DNA from: Verrucomicrobiaceae bacterium
GTDB lineage: Bacteria; Verrucomicrobiota; Verrucomicrobiia; Opitutales; Intestinicryptomonadaceae
NCBI GenBank assembly: GCA_015061955.1
Contig: SUVO01000001.1
Location: 2,233-66,232 of the forward strand
DNA: 64,000 bases
Direction: 5' to 3'
The translations under genes and the position numbers were made by a program. The notes below the pieces were generated by a model. The model ran no database searches, was not told the DNA's origin, and saw only the letters and a list, made by a program, of their open reading frames with translations. Positions 31,290-41,100 of the stretch are shown here, in pieces. How positions within the stretch are numbered: the first letter of the stretch is position 1; every line of letters starts with the position of its first letter.

Positions 31290-32690
31290 TTGAATGCAGG
31301 AAGGATAGAAATGAATATAAATATGAGTATGTTTCCAATGTTGATTGGGGTGGTGTTGGTAGTTGCTGTTGTCTGTATAATAGTATGGGCTTTGACATTG
31401 CGAAGAGTTGTACCTTTAAGCGTTGTTCATATTGTACAATCGCGTAAATCAACAAAATCATATGGTAAAGGGCAAGAAAACGGTAACGTTTATTACGAAT
31501 GGCCAAGTTGGATTCCTGTTATAGGCGTAACTAAACGCGTGTTGCCTGTTTCGAATTTTTCTTTAGATATAAACGCATATGAAGCTTACGATATTGATAG
31601 GTTGCCTTTCTGTGTTGATATTGTGTCGTTCTTTCGTATTGCTGATACGAACGAAGCCGCAAATAAAGTTGAAGACTTTATGGAGTTAAAAGAACATTTG
31701 CTTTCAATTGTTCAAGGGGCTGTTCGTTCTATTTTGGCAAAAGCAAAGCTTGAAGAAATATTGTCGGAACGTTCTATTTACGGAAAGAAATTTACTGAGG
31801 CTGTTGCTGAACAAATACGTCAGTGGGGGTGCGAGGTTACAAAATCGCTTGAGTTGCTTGATGTTCGTGATTCAAGAGATTCTCGTGTTATCCAGAATAT
31901 AATGGAGAAAAAGAAGTCTGAAATAGAAAAAGAATCTCGTGTAGAAGTTGCTCGCAATAAAAAATTGGCTGAACAAGCTGAAATTGAAGCAGAACGTGAA
32001 GTTCAACTTTCGGAACAAGAAGCTAAAGAAAAAGTAGGCATTCGCGAAGCTGAAGTTGAAAAGACTGTTGGTTTGCAAAAGCAAAAAACTCAACAAGAAA
32101 TACAAGAAGCTGCTCGCGTTACCAAAGAAAAAGAAATGGAAGTTAAACGAGTTGCAGAAGTAAAAACTGCCGAAATTGAAAAACAAGCTAAAATTATCGC
32201 AGCAGAACAAGCCAAAGAAACTTTGGTAATCAATGCTCAGGCAAAGCTCGATGCTCAATCTAAAGAATCGGAACAAATTAAGATTGAAGCCGATGCTAAA
32301 CTACACGCAAAACAGAAAGAAGCCGAAGGTATTCAAGCTGAAGGTGGTGCTAAAGCCGATGCCGAAAAACAAATGCAAATGGCTCGTGTAACTTCTGAAA
32401 TTGAACTTGCTAAGCAAATTGCAGATAGCCAAGCATATCAAGATTATCTCGTTAGAATGCGTGAAGTCGAAGCTAAACAAATTGTTGGTGTAGAACAGGC
32501 AAAAGCTATAAAAGATGCTAACTTAAAGGTTATAGCTAATGGTGGTTCTGTTGCTGATGGTGTTTCGAAAATAGGTGATATATTTTCTGCACAAGGTGGA
32601 CAGAATGTTGCATCAATGATTGAGGGGATAATTCAAACCGATGCAGGTAAAGCTTTGGTAGAAAAACTACTTGGTAAGCAAAAAAAATAA
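31290..32690 (+). CDS. SPFH/flotillin-family membrane protein with a long E/K/A-rich coiled coil
   Basis: N-terminal TM helix, a band-7/SPFH domain, then about 200 aa of EA/KQ-rich repeats typical of flotillins. Confidence 0.7.
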   Translation: MNAGRIEMNINMSMFPMLIGVVLVVAVVCIIVWALTLRRVVPLSVVHIVQSRKSTKSYGKGQENGNVYYEWPSWIPVIGVTKRVLPVSNFSLDINAYEAYDIDRLPFCVDIVSFFRIADTNEAANKVEDFMELKEHLLSIVQGAVRSILAKAKLEEILSERSIYGKKFTEAVAEQIRQWGCEVTKSLELLDVRDSRDSRVIQNIMEKKKSEIEKESRVEVARNKKLAEQAEIEAEREVQLSEQEAKEKVGIREAEVEKTVGLQKQKTQQEIQEAARVTKEKEMEVKRVAEVKTAEIEKQAKIIAAEQAKETLVINAQAKLDAQSKESEQIKIEADAKLHAKQKEAEGIQAEGGAKADAEKQMQMARVTSEIELAKQIADSQAYQDYLVRMREVEAKQIVGVEQAKAIKDANLKVIANGGSVADGVSKIGDIFSAQGGQNVASMIEGIIQTDAGKALVEKLLGKQKK

Positions 32691-32838
32691 TATAAATTTT
32701 ATTTGTATTTATTTGGAGCAATGAAAATTGCTCCATTTTTTATAGTGAAAATCGAAAAAATATAGTTAAAAATATTGTGCTTTTACATGGTTTTTTTATT
32801 GACTGTACCAATTTATTTTTCGATAATTATCAGTAGAT

Positions 32839-33687
32839 ATGGCTAAGAAAAATGTTAGACGAACCGTTCCAGTTATAAAAAAATCGGAAGTGTTTTCTTC
32901 CGATCCAGCTCCAATAGAGTGCATATTTTCGGATATGTCGGAGCGTTTGCTGAAAATACAACGCGATTTGCTCATGCCAGCGTTTATTTTCGAGAAAAAT
33001 AAAATTCAGCATACAATAACGTTCTTTGGAGCATCTCGAATAAAATCGGAAGAAGTTGCTAATGCCGAGTTGGCAAAGGTAAAGAAAAATCCAAAAGCAA
33101 AAGATTATAAAGAAAAACTTAAGGCTGCAAAAAAGTCGGTAGCGATGTCGAAATATTATACAGCTGCCGAAGAATTAGCACGTCGTTTGCAGGAGTGGGT
33201 TAATATGTCGGGTTTGCCCGAAGAAGAACGCTTTCATATTATGACAGGTGGTGGTCCTGGTATTATGGAAGCTGCCAGTAAGGGTGCTGTAAAAGCTGGT
33301 GGTACATGTGTTGGTGCTACAATTTCGATAGGCTCAGAATCTCCCAATGAGTATCTTGAGAAAGGAGTGTCGTTCAACTTTAATTATTTCTTAATGCGTA
33401 AGTTCTGGTTGTTGTTTTTTGCAAAAGCAATAGTTGTGTTCCCTGGTGGTGTAGGTACGTTCGATGAACTTTTTGAGGTTTTTACCCTTATAAAGACTCG
33501 CAAAACTCAAGGTAAAATTCCGATGGTGTTGTTTGGTAAAAGTTTTTGGCAAAAAGCTGTCAATTTCCAAACATTGATAGATGCTGATGTCATAACAGAA
33601 CGCGATATGGATCTGATAAAATACGTAGATTCGGTAGACGAAGCTTTTGATTACATAATTTCAATAATTGATAAGAAATCTAAATAA
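32839..33687 (+). CDS. LOG-family (TIGR00730) Rossmann-fold nucleotide-binding protein
   Basis: PGGVGTFDELFE motif (LOG-family PGGxGTxxE) and a GGGPGIMEA glycine-rich loop. Confidence 0.7.
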   Translation: MAKKNVRRTVPVIKKSEVFSSDPAPIECIFSDMSERLLKIQRDLLMPAFIFEKNKIQHTITFFGASRIKSEEVANAELAKVKKNPKAKDYKEKLKAAKKSVAMSKYYTAAEELARRLQEWVNMSGLPEEERFHIMTGGGPGIMEAASKGAVKAGGTCVGATISIGSESPNEYLEKGVSFNFNYFLMRKFWLLFFAKAIVVFPGGVGTFDELFEVFTLIKTRKTQGKIPMVLFGKSFWQKAVNFQTLIDADVITERDMDLIKYVDSVDEAFDYIISIIDKKSK

Positions 33688-33810
33688 ATAGTTTTTTGTG
33701 GTTTTTGAATGAGGTTGCAACTATGAGCAATCTCATTTTTTTTGTGTTTTTAAAGTCGGAAAGTTATTTTTATTCTTGAGTTTGGTCGTTTTTTGAATTG
33801 AATATATGGC

Positions 33811-36141
33811 GTGATTTTTTCAATGAAATTTTGTATGCGTTTGTTTTTTAACATTTGCGTGTTGGCAAGTGTTAGTTTTGTGTGTGCTCAGACCCCTAAA
33901 ACAAAAAAAGTAAAGCGTGCTGATGTTCCTTGGGTGTCGTTAGCTCATCAGCGTGAATTGGCTAAAAAAGCTGATAATGAAGCCGATAAACAGAAGGTGT
34001 TGGGGGCGATAGAAAAGCCTCAAGTTAAAAAGCTTGCCCAAAATGTACAGGCTCCAGAGCTTACTGCCGATAAATTCAGTTATGCAACTGGCGATACAAG
34101 TGTTCTTGTTGCAACTGGTAATGCTCGTATTGGCTCGTCAGAATTTGATGTTAGTGCCGAAAAAATTGTGTATATGCGTTCGTTTAATGCTGCTCGCGTT
34201 ATGGACGATGTTCGCATATCTGTCGATACAAATAGAATTGTTACAGAAGCTGCCGATATTACGCTTGATGGTAAATATGTAAAATCAACTAAGTCTCGTT
34301 TTGGAACTTATCCGTTGTATGTTTCGGCTGAAGTTGCAAGTGGCGATACAAAAACATATTCTTTAGAAAAATCGCATGTGTATTTTGGTGAACCATCGAT
34401 AGGTTCATTTAATGCTGAAGCTGCAAAAACTACTTACGATAAAGACTCTCGTGTAATAAAAATGGAAGATGTTTGGTTTAAGATTGACCAAATTCCTCTT
34501 GTTCATATGTCGTCGGTAGAAATAACACCCGATAATAATTTCCCATTTGAAGTTGTTAATCGTCTTTCTTACAATAGTGATTATGGCTTAGGTTTAAGAA
34601 ATACAATTCATTATCTCGGTTATGAAAATTTTGCTCCTGGGGCATTGTTCGACATATATACGGCACGTTCAGTGTTGGCTGGTCCTGCATTTAAATACAA
34701 TGTGTCGGCACCCGATAATAAGATGAAAGGTTTCTTGCAGTCGGGCTTTATATACGATACAGGTTCGCGTGACGATATAGGTGAAAACTTCTTTGGTACT
34801 CCAATCGATAGGGAACGTTATTTTGTTGAGTTTCGTCATAATCAAATTTACAAAGAACGCTTTGGCTTGACAGCCGTTGTAAGTGCGTGGAGCGATGAAT
34901 TTGTAACTCGCGACTTCCGTAGTAATTACTTCCGTAATAATCAAACACCAGATAATTTTGTTGAAGGCATCTACTATGGCGATATGTGGACTACTTCGGC
35001 TTTTACGCGTTTTGCGCCAAATAATTGGGAACTTGTTCAACAGCGTTTGCCTGAAGTTCGTTTTGATTTACAGCCTCTTGAAATTCCAAATACTGGTGCA
35101 TATGTACGCGCGTTTGCATCGGCTGTGTATTTGCATCAATACAATCCGTATCCAGATGAGTATTTCTTTGCTCCGGCTGAAAGTATAGTCTCGAAGCGTG
35201 TTGATGGTTATGTTGGAATTGATCGGCCGATAGAGTTGTCGAGTTGGGCAAAAATTACACCTGTTGCTGGTGTTAGATCTACAAGCTATTTCGATACTGC
35301 TAACGGTAGCTCGGATTATACGCGTACTTTGGGTCAAGTTGGTTTTGATGCTCAAGCCGATGCTTGGGGGCAGTTTGATGTTCAAAGCAAAACAATGGGT
35401 ATTGATGGTTTGCGTCATCATATAATGCCTGTAATTAGTTATCGATATATTCCAGAAGCCGAAACTGGAAAGAATAAAATTCGCGCAGTTGATTACGATT
35501 ATTTTACAACATATCCACCTATTCTCGACTTGGGTAGTATGCGCAATATAGATGATATGTCGGAAGTAAATACGTTGCGTTTTGGTATTAAAAATGTGTT
35601 TGAAACGCGCGATAATGAATTTGGTTCTCGCGAGTTGGCTAGATTTGATGTGTTCCAAGATATTAATTTTAAGCGTCGTCAGCCAGCTCTAAGATATAAG
35701 TATTGGGACGATGTAAACGAATATAAACAAGATTATTCCGAATTGTACGTTAATGCAAGCGTTTCGCCTGCACGTTGGCTTACGGTTGGTGCATATACGC
35801 GTGTGAGTGTAGAACATTCAACAGTTCCAGAAATACATCCTTATATTATGTTGATGGAAAGTGATATTGCTTCGTTATCGCTTGGGGCTGTTTATTTAAA
35901 AGATACACAAACCTTAAAACAGTATTATGCAGCTTTAGAATATAGATTTAGCGAACGTTATCAAACATACGCTAGTTGGCATTACGATGCTGAATTAAAT
36001 GAATTTATTCGTCAAGAATACGGATTGCGTACAAAGTTGGGTAATACTTGGTTGTTAGAATATTATTTGTCGCACAGAACTGGTTCTACGCGTGGAAATA
36101 GTACATCGGTTGGTGTAAATGTTATTGTGTTAGGCATGTAA
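33811..36141 (+). CDS. large outer-membrane protein, LptD/OstA-like
   Basis: Signal peptide and 776 aa, with an aromatic-rich beta-strand composition consistent with a large beta-barrel. The N-terminal region is OstA-like. The call rests on size and composition only. Confidence 0.4.
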   Translation: MIFSMKFCMRLFFNICVLASVSFVCAQTPKTKKVKRADVPWVSLAHQRELAKKADNEADKQKVLGAIEKPQVKKLAQNVQAPELTADKFSYATGDTSVLVATGNARIGSSEFDVSAEKIVYMRSFNAARVMDDVRISVDTNRIVTEAADITLDGKYVKSTKSRFGTYPLYVSAEVASGDTKTYSLEKSHVYFGEPSIGSFNAEAAKTTYDKDSRVIKMEDVWFKIDQIPLVHMSSVEITPDNNFPFEVVNRLSYNSDYGLGLRNTIHYLGYENFAPGALFDIYTARSVLAGPAFKYNVSAPDNKMKGFLQSGFIYDTGSRDDIGENFFGTPIDRERYFVEFRHNQIYKERFGLTAVVSAWSDEFVTRDFRSNYFRNNQTPDNFVEGIYYGDMWTTSAFTRFAPNNWELVQQRLPEVRFDLQPLEIPNTGAYVRAFASAVYLHQYNPYPDEYFFAPAESIVSKRVDGYVGIDRPIELSSWAKITPVAGVRSTSYFDTANGSSDYTRTLGQVGFDAQADAWGQFDVQSKTMGIDGLRHHIMPVISYRYIPEAETGKNKIRAVDYDYFTTYPPILDLGSMRNIDDMSEVNTLRFGIKNVFETRDNEFGSRELARFDVFQDINFKRRQPALRYKYWDDVNEYKQDYSELYVNASVSPARWLTVGAYTRVSVEHSTVPEIHPYIMLMESDIASLSLGAVYLKDTQTLKQYYAALEYRFSERYQTYASWHYDAELNEFIRQEYGLRTKLGNTWLLEYYLSHRTGSTRGNSTSVGVNVIVLGM

Positions 36142-36143
36142 AT

Positions 36144-37007
36144 ATGGATTCTTCGGTTGAAATAGACGATGGCTTGATTGATTCGGTTTCCGATATGGCA
36201 GTGAAACTCGATGTTTTCGAGGGGCCATTAGATTTGTTATTGTTTCTAATCAGAAAGAACGAAATTGATATCTACGATATTCCTATTGCCGAAGTAACGC
36301 GTCAGTATATGAGTGTTTTGCGTTCAATGGAAAAGCTTTCTTTAGATGTAGCAGGCGAATTTTTCGTTATGGCTGCTACTTTGATGTATATAAAAAGTAG
36401 AATGCTTTTGCCTTCCGATGAACGTTTGCATCAGGAAAACGAAGAAGATTTAGATGCCGATATAGACCCACGTTGGCAATTAGTAGAGCAGTTGCTCGAA
36501 TATAAAAAAGTAAAACAAGCAGCAAATGCACTCGAAGATATGATTGAAAGTCGTCAAAATTTTGGCGAGCGCGTGTTGTCGGCAAAAGACGAAACTCCAG
36601 CAGAGCGTCCGTTGCAACCTTCAGATAGAATGGAAATCTGGAATACTTTTAATCTTATATTGCGTCGTCTTGCCGAAAAACTAATCCATGGCGAAATTAA
36701 GGGCGAAAATGTAACTGTTTCGGATAGAATGGAATTTATTTTGGCTGTTGATAAAAAAGAGTTTTCGTTTACGTCGCTTTTCGATGGCGAAAAACCTACT
36801 ATTGTCAAAATTATGGCTACATTCTTGGCTATGTTAGAGCTTACACGTTTGAAGCGTTTAGTATTGCGTCAAGATGCTGTTTTTGGAGAAATTTATTGTA
36901 CTAAGTTAGAAGAACCTCAGCGTAAAGAAATTGTTGTCGATGAGGAAAATAAAGAGGCTGAAAAATCTTCATCAGCCGATGAATCGTTAAAATCGGAATT
37001 TGATTAA
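36144..37007 (+). CDS. scpA: segregation and condensation protein A
   Basis: N-terminal FEGPLDLLLFLIRKNEIDIYDIPIAEVTRQY is a near-consensus ScpA motif. Confidence 0.8.
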   Translation: MDSSVEIDDGLIDSVSDMAVKLDVFEGPLDLLLFLIRKNEIDIYDIPIAEVTRQYMSVLRSMEKLSLDVAGEFFVMAATLMYIKSRMLLPSDERLHQENEEDLDADIDPRWQLVEQLLEYKKVKQAANALEDMIESRQNFGERVLSAKDETPAERPLQPSDRMEIWNTFNLILRRLAEKLIHGEIKGENVTVSDRMEFILAVDKKEFSFTSLFDGEKPTIVKIMATFLAMLELTRLKRLVLRQDAVFGEIYCTKLEEPQRKEIVVDEENKEAEKSSSADESLKSEFD

Positions 37008-37259
37008 TTGAAAATGAGAGATAATACTAAAAAATCGCATTTATTAGGTGTTGGGCTTGATGGAAAAGATGGTCATAAACGCATAACACAAGCAGATCGT
37101 TTTTCTATTGTAGGTGGTAGCGAAGAAACTCATGAACTCATGACAGAAACTGTTATGAAAACATTTGAAGATTTAAAACGTAAAGGAAAAGATTTAGACG
37201 ATACTTCGGCTGAAGAACTTTCAGATATTATCAGAAAACACACTCATAACAAACGATAG
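37008..37259 (+). CDS. small charged hypothetical protein (83 aa) wedged between scpA and glmM
   Basis: Its start abuts the scpA stop and its stop abuts the glmM start. No family recognised. Confidence 0.3.
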   Translation: MKMRDNTKKSHLLGVGLDGKDGHKRITQADRFSIVGGSEETHELMTETVMKTFEDLKRKGKDLDDTSAEELSDIIRKHTHNKR

Positions 37260-37260
37260 T

Positions 37261-38613
37261 ATGAAATATTTTGGTACAGACGGAATTAGAGGCACCTATG
37301 GTGATGTAGAAATTAGCGAACCTTTCTTCAATGCTTTGGGAAAAGCTGTTGCAGAATATGTATGCGAAAATTCGCCAGAAAATAAATTTATCGTTGTTGG
37401 TGGCGATACTAGAGCTTCAACAGATTGTTTGAAAAACGCATTTATTCAGGGCGTTCAAGATGGTGGAGTAAAGTGTCGAGATGTGGGGGTGTTGCCTACA
37501 CCAGCTTTGGCTTATGCAGTGTTGCATACATCGGCTTATTTGGGTGCTATGATAACGGCATCACATAATCCATATACCGATAATGGTATAAAATTTTTCA
37601 ACTCGCAAGCGTTGAAAGTTGAAGACGATGTTCAACTTGCTTTTGAAGAAAAACTCGAAAAATTCTATTTGCCAAATCCATCTTATGTGAAGTGCGAATT
37701 TCAACCACGTCAGATAAATACCGGTGAATTTGCTGTTGAAGAATATGCCAAGAAAATGTCTGGTATATTTCCAGCAAACTTTTTGAAAGGTGTGAAAATT
37801 GCCATCGATATGGCAAATGGTGCCACAAGTAAAATTTCTTCGGCTGTATTTAAAATGTACGGAGCCGAAGTTTTTGAAAAATCATCGTCGCCCGATGGAA
37901 TGAATATCAATAATGGTGTTGGTAGTCAGCATCCTGAAGAAATATCGGCATTTTGCAAAGAAGTTGGTGCCGACGTAGGTTTTGCACACGATGGCGATGG
38001 CGACAGAGTTGTGGTTGTTGATGAAAATGCATCGGTTCTTGAAGGTGAAGAAGTTCTCTACTTGATTGCCGACGATGCTCAGAACAGAGGCGTTTTAAAG
38101 GGCAATGCTATTGTTACTACATTACAAAGTAATATGGGCTTAGACGATTGTTTGGCTAAAAAAGGTATAGCTGTTCATAGAAGTGGTATTGGCGACCGAC
38201 TTGTTATGCGTATGATGCTTGAAAACAACTGTAATATTGGTGGTGAAAATTCTGGACACTTTATTTTTTCAGAAATATCGCCATGTGGCGATGGTTTAGC
38301 GGCAGCGTTATCGGTGTTGTCGGTAATGGTTTGCTCTGGCAAAAAATTGTCTCAATTACGTGGTGGTGTGGTTATGTATCCATGTAAATCTAAAGCTTTA
38401 AAAGTTGAACGTAAAACACCAATCGAAGAAACAAATACTCTAAAAAATGCAATCGAACAATGTCAGCAAAAACTCGGTTCAGAGGGCAGATTACTTGTTC
38501 GTTATTCAGGTACTGAAAAGAAAATTAGATTGCTTGTTGAAGGCAAAAATATAGATTTAGTTGATGAATGTATGCTTATTTTAGAAAAAGGTGTAGAAAA
38601 TGACTTGCAGTAA
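37261..38613 (+). CDS. glmM: phosphoglucosamine mutase
   Basis: The active-site Ser loop TASHNP, the Mg-binding DGDGDR motif and full-length collinearity with GlmM. Confidence 0.85.
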   Translation: MKYFGTDGIRGTYGDVEISEPFFNALGKAVAEYVCENSPENKFIVVGGDTRASTDCLKNAFIQGVQDGGVKCRDVGVLPTPALAYAVLHTSAYLGAMITASHNPYTDNGIKFFNSQALKVEDDVQLAFEEKLEKFYLPNPSYVKCEFQPRQINTGEFAVEEYAKKMSGIFPANFLKGVKIAIDMANGATSKISSAVFKMYGAEVFEKSSSPDGMNINNGVGSQHPEEISAFCKEVGADVGFAHDGDGDRVVVVDENASVLEGEEVLYLIADDAQNRGVLKGNAIVTTLQSNMGLDDCLAKKGIAVHRSGIGDRLVMRMMLENNCNIGGENSGHFIFSEISPCGDGLAAALSVLSVMVCSGKKLSQLRGGVVMYPCKSKALKVERKTPIEETNTLKNAIEQCQQKLGSEGRLLVRYSGTEKKIRLLVEGKNIDLVDECMLILEKGVENDLQ

Positions 38614-38665
38614 TGAGTTTTTTTCATAAACTTTCAATAATTGAATTTTAACAAAGTACTTATTT

Positions 38666-40084
38666 ATGGCAGAACAATCCCAAGAAATTAAAGAAATATC
38701 TATATCAGAACTCGACCCACGTTTTGTAAAGAATATTGAAAATGCGGAAAAGTCGCTTTCTAAAAATCCAGACTACGCAATTGATATTTGTACTACCGTT
38801 TTGAACAAATATCCAAATTGTGTTGAAGTTCGCAAGATTTTGCGTCAGGCTCAGTACAGAAAATACGGCAAGGGAAGTCCTTTTGCTAAAATTGGAGCTT
38901 CGGCAAAAGCTTTAATGTTGCAAATGAAAGCTGGTGGTATGATTAAAAGTGGTCAGGCACTCGAAGTTATCAATATGGCAGAAGCGCTCTTGAACGATTG
39001 CCCAGACAATCCAGTTGCAGTTAAGATTCTTATAACAGCTGCCGAAGCTATTTCGTATTTCGGTATTGCAACTACTGGTTATCAGGCTTTGGTTCAGTAC
39101 TCTCCATCAGAAGCAAATCTCTTAGCTTTGGCAAATGCCTACATTAAAAATAAACAGCCCGATGAAGCTATGCAAGTTTGCGAAGATATTCTCAATAAAA
39201 ATAGAGCAAATGGCGAAGCTCAAGCTATTGCACGTACTGCATCGGTTATGAAAACCATGAACAAGGGCAAATGGGAAGAAGAAGGTAGTGCAAAAGACAA
39301 AGTTAAAGATGCTCAAGAACAGCTCGAACGCGAACGTCTTACAAGCTCAACTAACGATGATGAAACTGTTGCTAAGTTTGTTGAAGACCTCAAAGAAAAA
39401 ATCGCTGCAGACGAACAGAACATCAACTATTACAGAGATATTTGCAAATATTTGCGTCAACTCCGTCGCTACTCTGAAGCTTTGGAATATGTTCGTTTAG
39501 CTCGCAAACAACCTCTCGGCGCTGGCGATACTACTTTTGAAAAATTAGAACAAGATTTCGTTGTCTTAGAAGTTGAACAAGCTCGCGATACTATCAAAGC
39601 TGAGCTCGAAGCAAATCCAGACAATGCCGAAATTAAAGCAAAGCTTGTTGAAACTGAAAACAAAATTCGTCAGATTAAGCTCAACAACGCTAAAGAACAA
39701 GTCGAACGCTATCCAAACGACTACAATGCTCGCTACGAACTCGGCAGACTATATCTTGAAGACGACATTCTTGACGAAGCTATCAAGCAACTTCAGGTTG
39801 CTCAACGCAGTCCAAAGCATCGCTTATTGGCTCTCTTAGGCTTAGGCAGAGCATTCTTTAAAGGTGGTAAATACGACTTAGCAGTTGAACAGCTAAATGT
39901 TGCCAAGACTGAATCTAAAATTATGAATGACGCTAAAAAAGAAATCATTTACGAATTAGCTACAGCTTATGAAAAAATGGGCAAGGGCGATATGGCTTTT
40001 TCTGAATTTAAAGAAATCTATACAGCTGATGCTTCGTATAAAGATGTATCGGCAAAGGTTGATTACTATTACGCTAATAAATAA
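38666..40084 (+). CDS. TPR-repeat protein
   Basis: Multiple degenerate 34-aa helical repeats with no other domain. Confidence 0.55.
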   Translation: MAEQSQEIKEISISELDPRFVKNIENAEKSLSKNPDYAIDICTTVLNKYPNCVEVRKILRQAQYRKYGKGSPFAKIGASAKALMLQMKAGGMIKSGQALEVINMAEALLNDCPDNPVAVKILITAAEAISYFGIATTGYQALVQYSPSEANLLALANAYIKNKQPDEAMQVCEDILNKNRANGEAQAIARTASVMKTMNKGKWEEEGSAKDKVKDAQEQLERERLTSSTNDDETVAKFVEDLKEKIAADEQNINYYRDICKYLRQLRRYSEALEYVRLARKQPLGAGDTTFEKLEQDFVVLEVEQARDTIKAELEANPDNAEIKAKLVETENKIRQIKLNNAKEQVERYPNDYNARYELGRLYLEDDILDEAIKQLQVAQRSPKHRLLALLGLGRAFFKGGKYDLAVEQLNVAKTESKIMNDAKKEIIYELATAYEKMGKGDMAFSEFKEIYTADASYKDVSAKVDYYYANK

Positions 40085-40103
40085 ATATTTTAAGTGTATT
40101 TTA

Positions 40104-40132
40104 AAAAGGCAATTTTTAATTGCCTTTTTTTG
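40104..40132 (+). terminator. terminator after the TPR gene
   Basis: aaggcaatt, loop ttt, aattgcctt, then TTTTTTT. Confidence 0.6.
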
Positions 40133-40177
40133 TAGATAAACATAGTTACAAATTTATAACAGAATATATATAAAAAT

Positions 40178-40212
40178 AAAAAAAAGACACTTAATTTTAA
40201 GTGCCTTTTTTT
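40178..40212 (-). terminator. terminator for trxA (minus strand)
   Basis: The palindrome cacttaa/ttaagtg is flanked by an A-run on one side and a T-run on the other, so it may be bidirectional. Confidence 0.5.
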
Positions 40213-40237
40213 TATTTATTATAAGTCAGAAGTAAAC

Positions 40238-40552
40238 TTAAGCTAATGCTTTTAAACGGGCTTTTAGATCATCTTTCGATGTCATTCCACAAGCACCAAC
40301 ACGTTCGCCATTTTTAAAGAACAAAATTGTTGGAACTGCATTCACTGAAAAGCGTTGTGCAATGTCTGGAGCTACATCGACATCAAGCTTACAGATTACA
40401 GCGCTATCACCAATTTCTTCAGCAAGTGCATCGATTGTTGGTCCCAACATTTTACATGGTCCACACCATGGTGCCCAAAAATCAACCAACACTGGTTTTG
40501 TTGTATTTATTACTCTATCAAAATTTTCTGATGTTAAATGTATTAATGCCAT
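40238..40552 (-). CDS. trxA: thioredoxin
   Basis: 104 aa with a WCGPC active site. Confidence 0.9.
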   Translation of the reverse strand: MALIHLTSENFDRVINTTKPVLVDFWAPWCGPCKMLGPTIDALAEEIGDSAVICKLDVDVAPDIAQRFSVNAVPTILFFKNGERVGACGMTSKDDLKARLKALA

Positions 40553-40590
40553 AGTATATAATATTTCGGTAATTTTTATCTAAAGTAAAA

Positions 40591-41001
40591 TTACATTTCC
40601 ATAAAAATTAAAACAGCAAATGCAACACAAACTGCAGCTACAGCAAAATCTATAGCCATCGACAACGCACTCGACGATTCTTCTTGAACAGCTACTGGTG
40701 CCGATGCAACAGGGCTTACTCGTGGAGCTGCTACAACTGGCTTGGGAGCGTTAGGCAAAACTGTCTTAGGTGCTTCAGGCAAGATTGTTTTGGGAGCCTC
40801 AGGAAGTATTGTCTTAGGTGCTTCTGGTAAAATTGTTTTAGGCGCCTCAGGCAAGATTGTCTTAGGAGCTTCTGGAAGCACGGTTTTAGGTGCCTCAGGC
40901 AAAACTGTTTTAGGAGCTTCTGGAAGCACGGTTTTAGGCGCCTCAGGCAAAACTGTTTTAGGAGCCTCTGGTAAAATTGGGGTTGGGTTTTGATCTGACA
41001 T
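40591..41001 (-). CDS. tail-anchored proline-rich tandem-repeat protein (LPEAPKT[VI] x9 plus one degenerate unit)
   Basis: The N-terminus is MSDQNPTPI, followed by nine LPEAPKT[VI] units, one LPNAPKPV unit and a C-terminal hydrophobic helix (AIDFAVAAVCVAFAVLIFMEM). It is encoded by a 24-nt period array on the minus strand at about 40745-40985. Confidence 0.6.
   Translation of the reverse strand: MSDQNPTPILPEAPKTVLPEAPKTVLPEAPKTVLPEAPKTVLPEAPKTILPEAPKTILPEAPKTILPEAPKTILPEAPKTVLPNAPKPVVAAPRVSPVASAPVAVQEESSSALSMAIDFAVAAVCVAFAVLIFMEM
40745..40985 (-). repeat. 24-bp coding tandem repeat array, about 10 units
   Basis: The units differ at synonymous positions, yet the encoded peptide repeat is nearly perfect. 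Confidence 0.8.
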
Positions 41002-41100
41002 AATAACTTATAATTTAAATTTAATGTTAAAAATGTAATGTAGTTAGAAGTCAGTATTTCATATCTATTTTATTTTTCAAGCTTTTTTGTGTTGATAATA

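Noticed and set aside
31872-32276. 134-aa minus-strand ORF antisense to the flotillin gene.
   Set aside because: The sense strand encodes a GAA/GCT-rich E/A/K coiled coil. The antisense Phe/Leu/Ser-rich translation is a compositional artefact of that.
35068-35658. 196-aa minus-strand ORF inside the LptD-like gene, with other antisense ORFs of 100-215 aa such as 3712-4359 and 28660-29160.
   Set aside because: Each is fully embedded antisense in a long, well-supported gene, with no independent signals.
40745-40985. A regular 24-bp array that could be mistaken for a CRISPR array.
   Set aside because: There are no spacers. The units are contiguous and in frame, encoding the LPEAPKT[VI] peptide repeat, and no cas genes are present.
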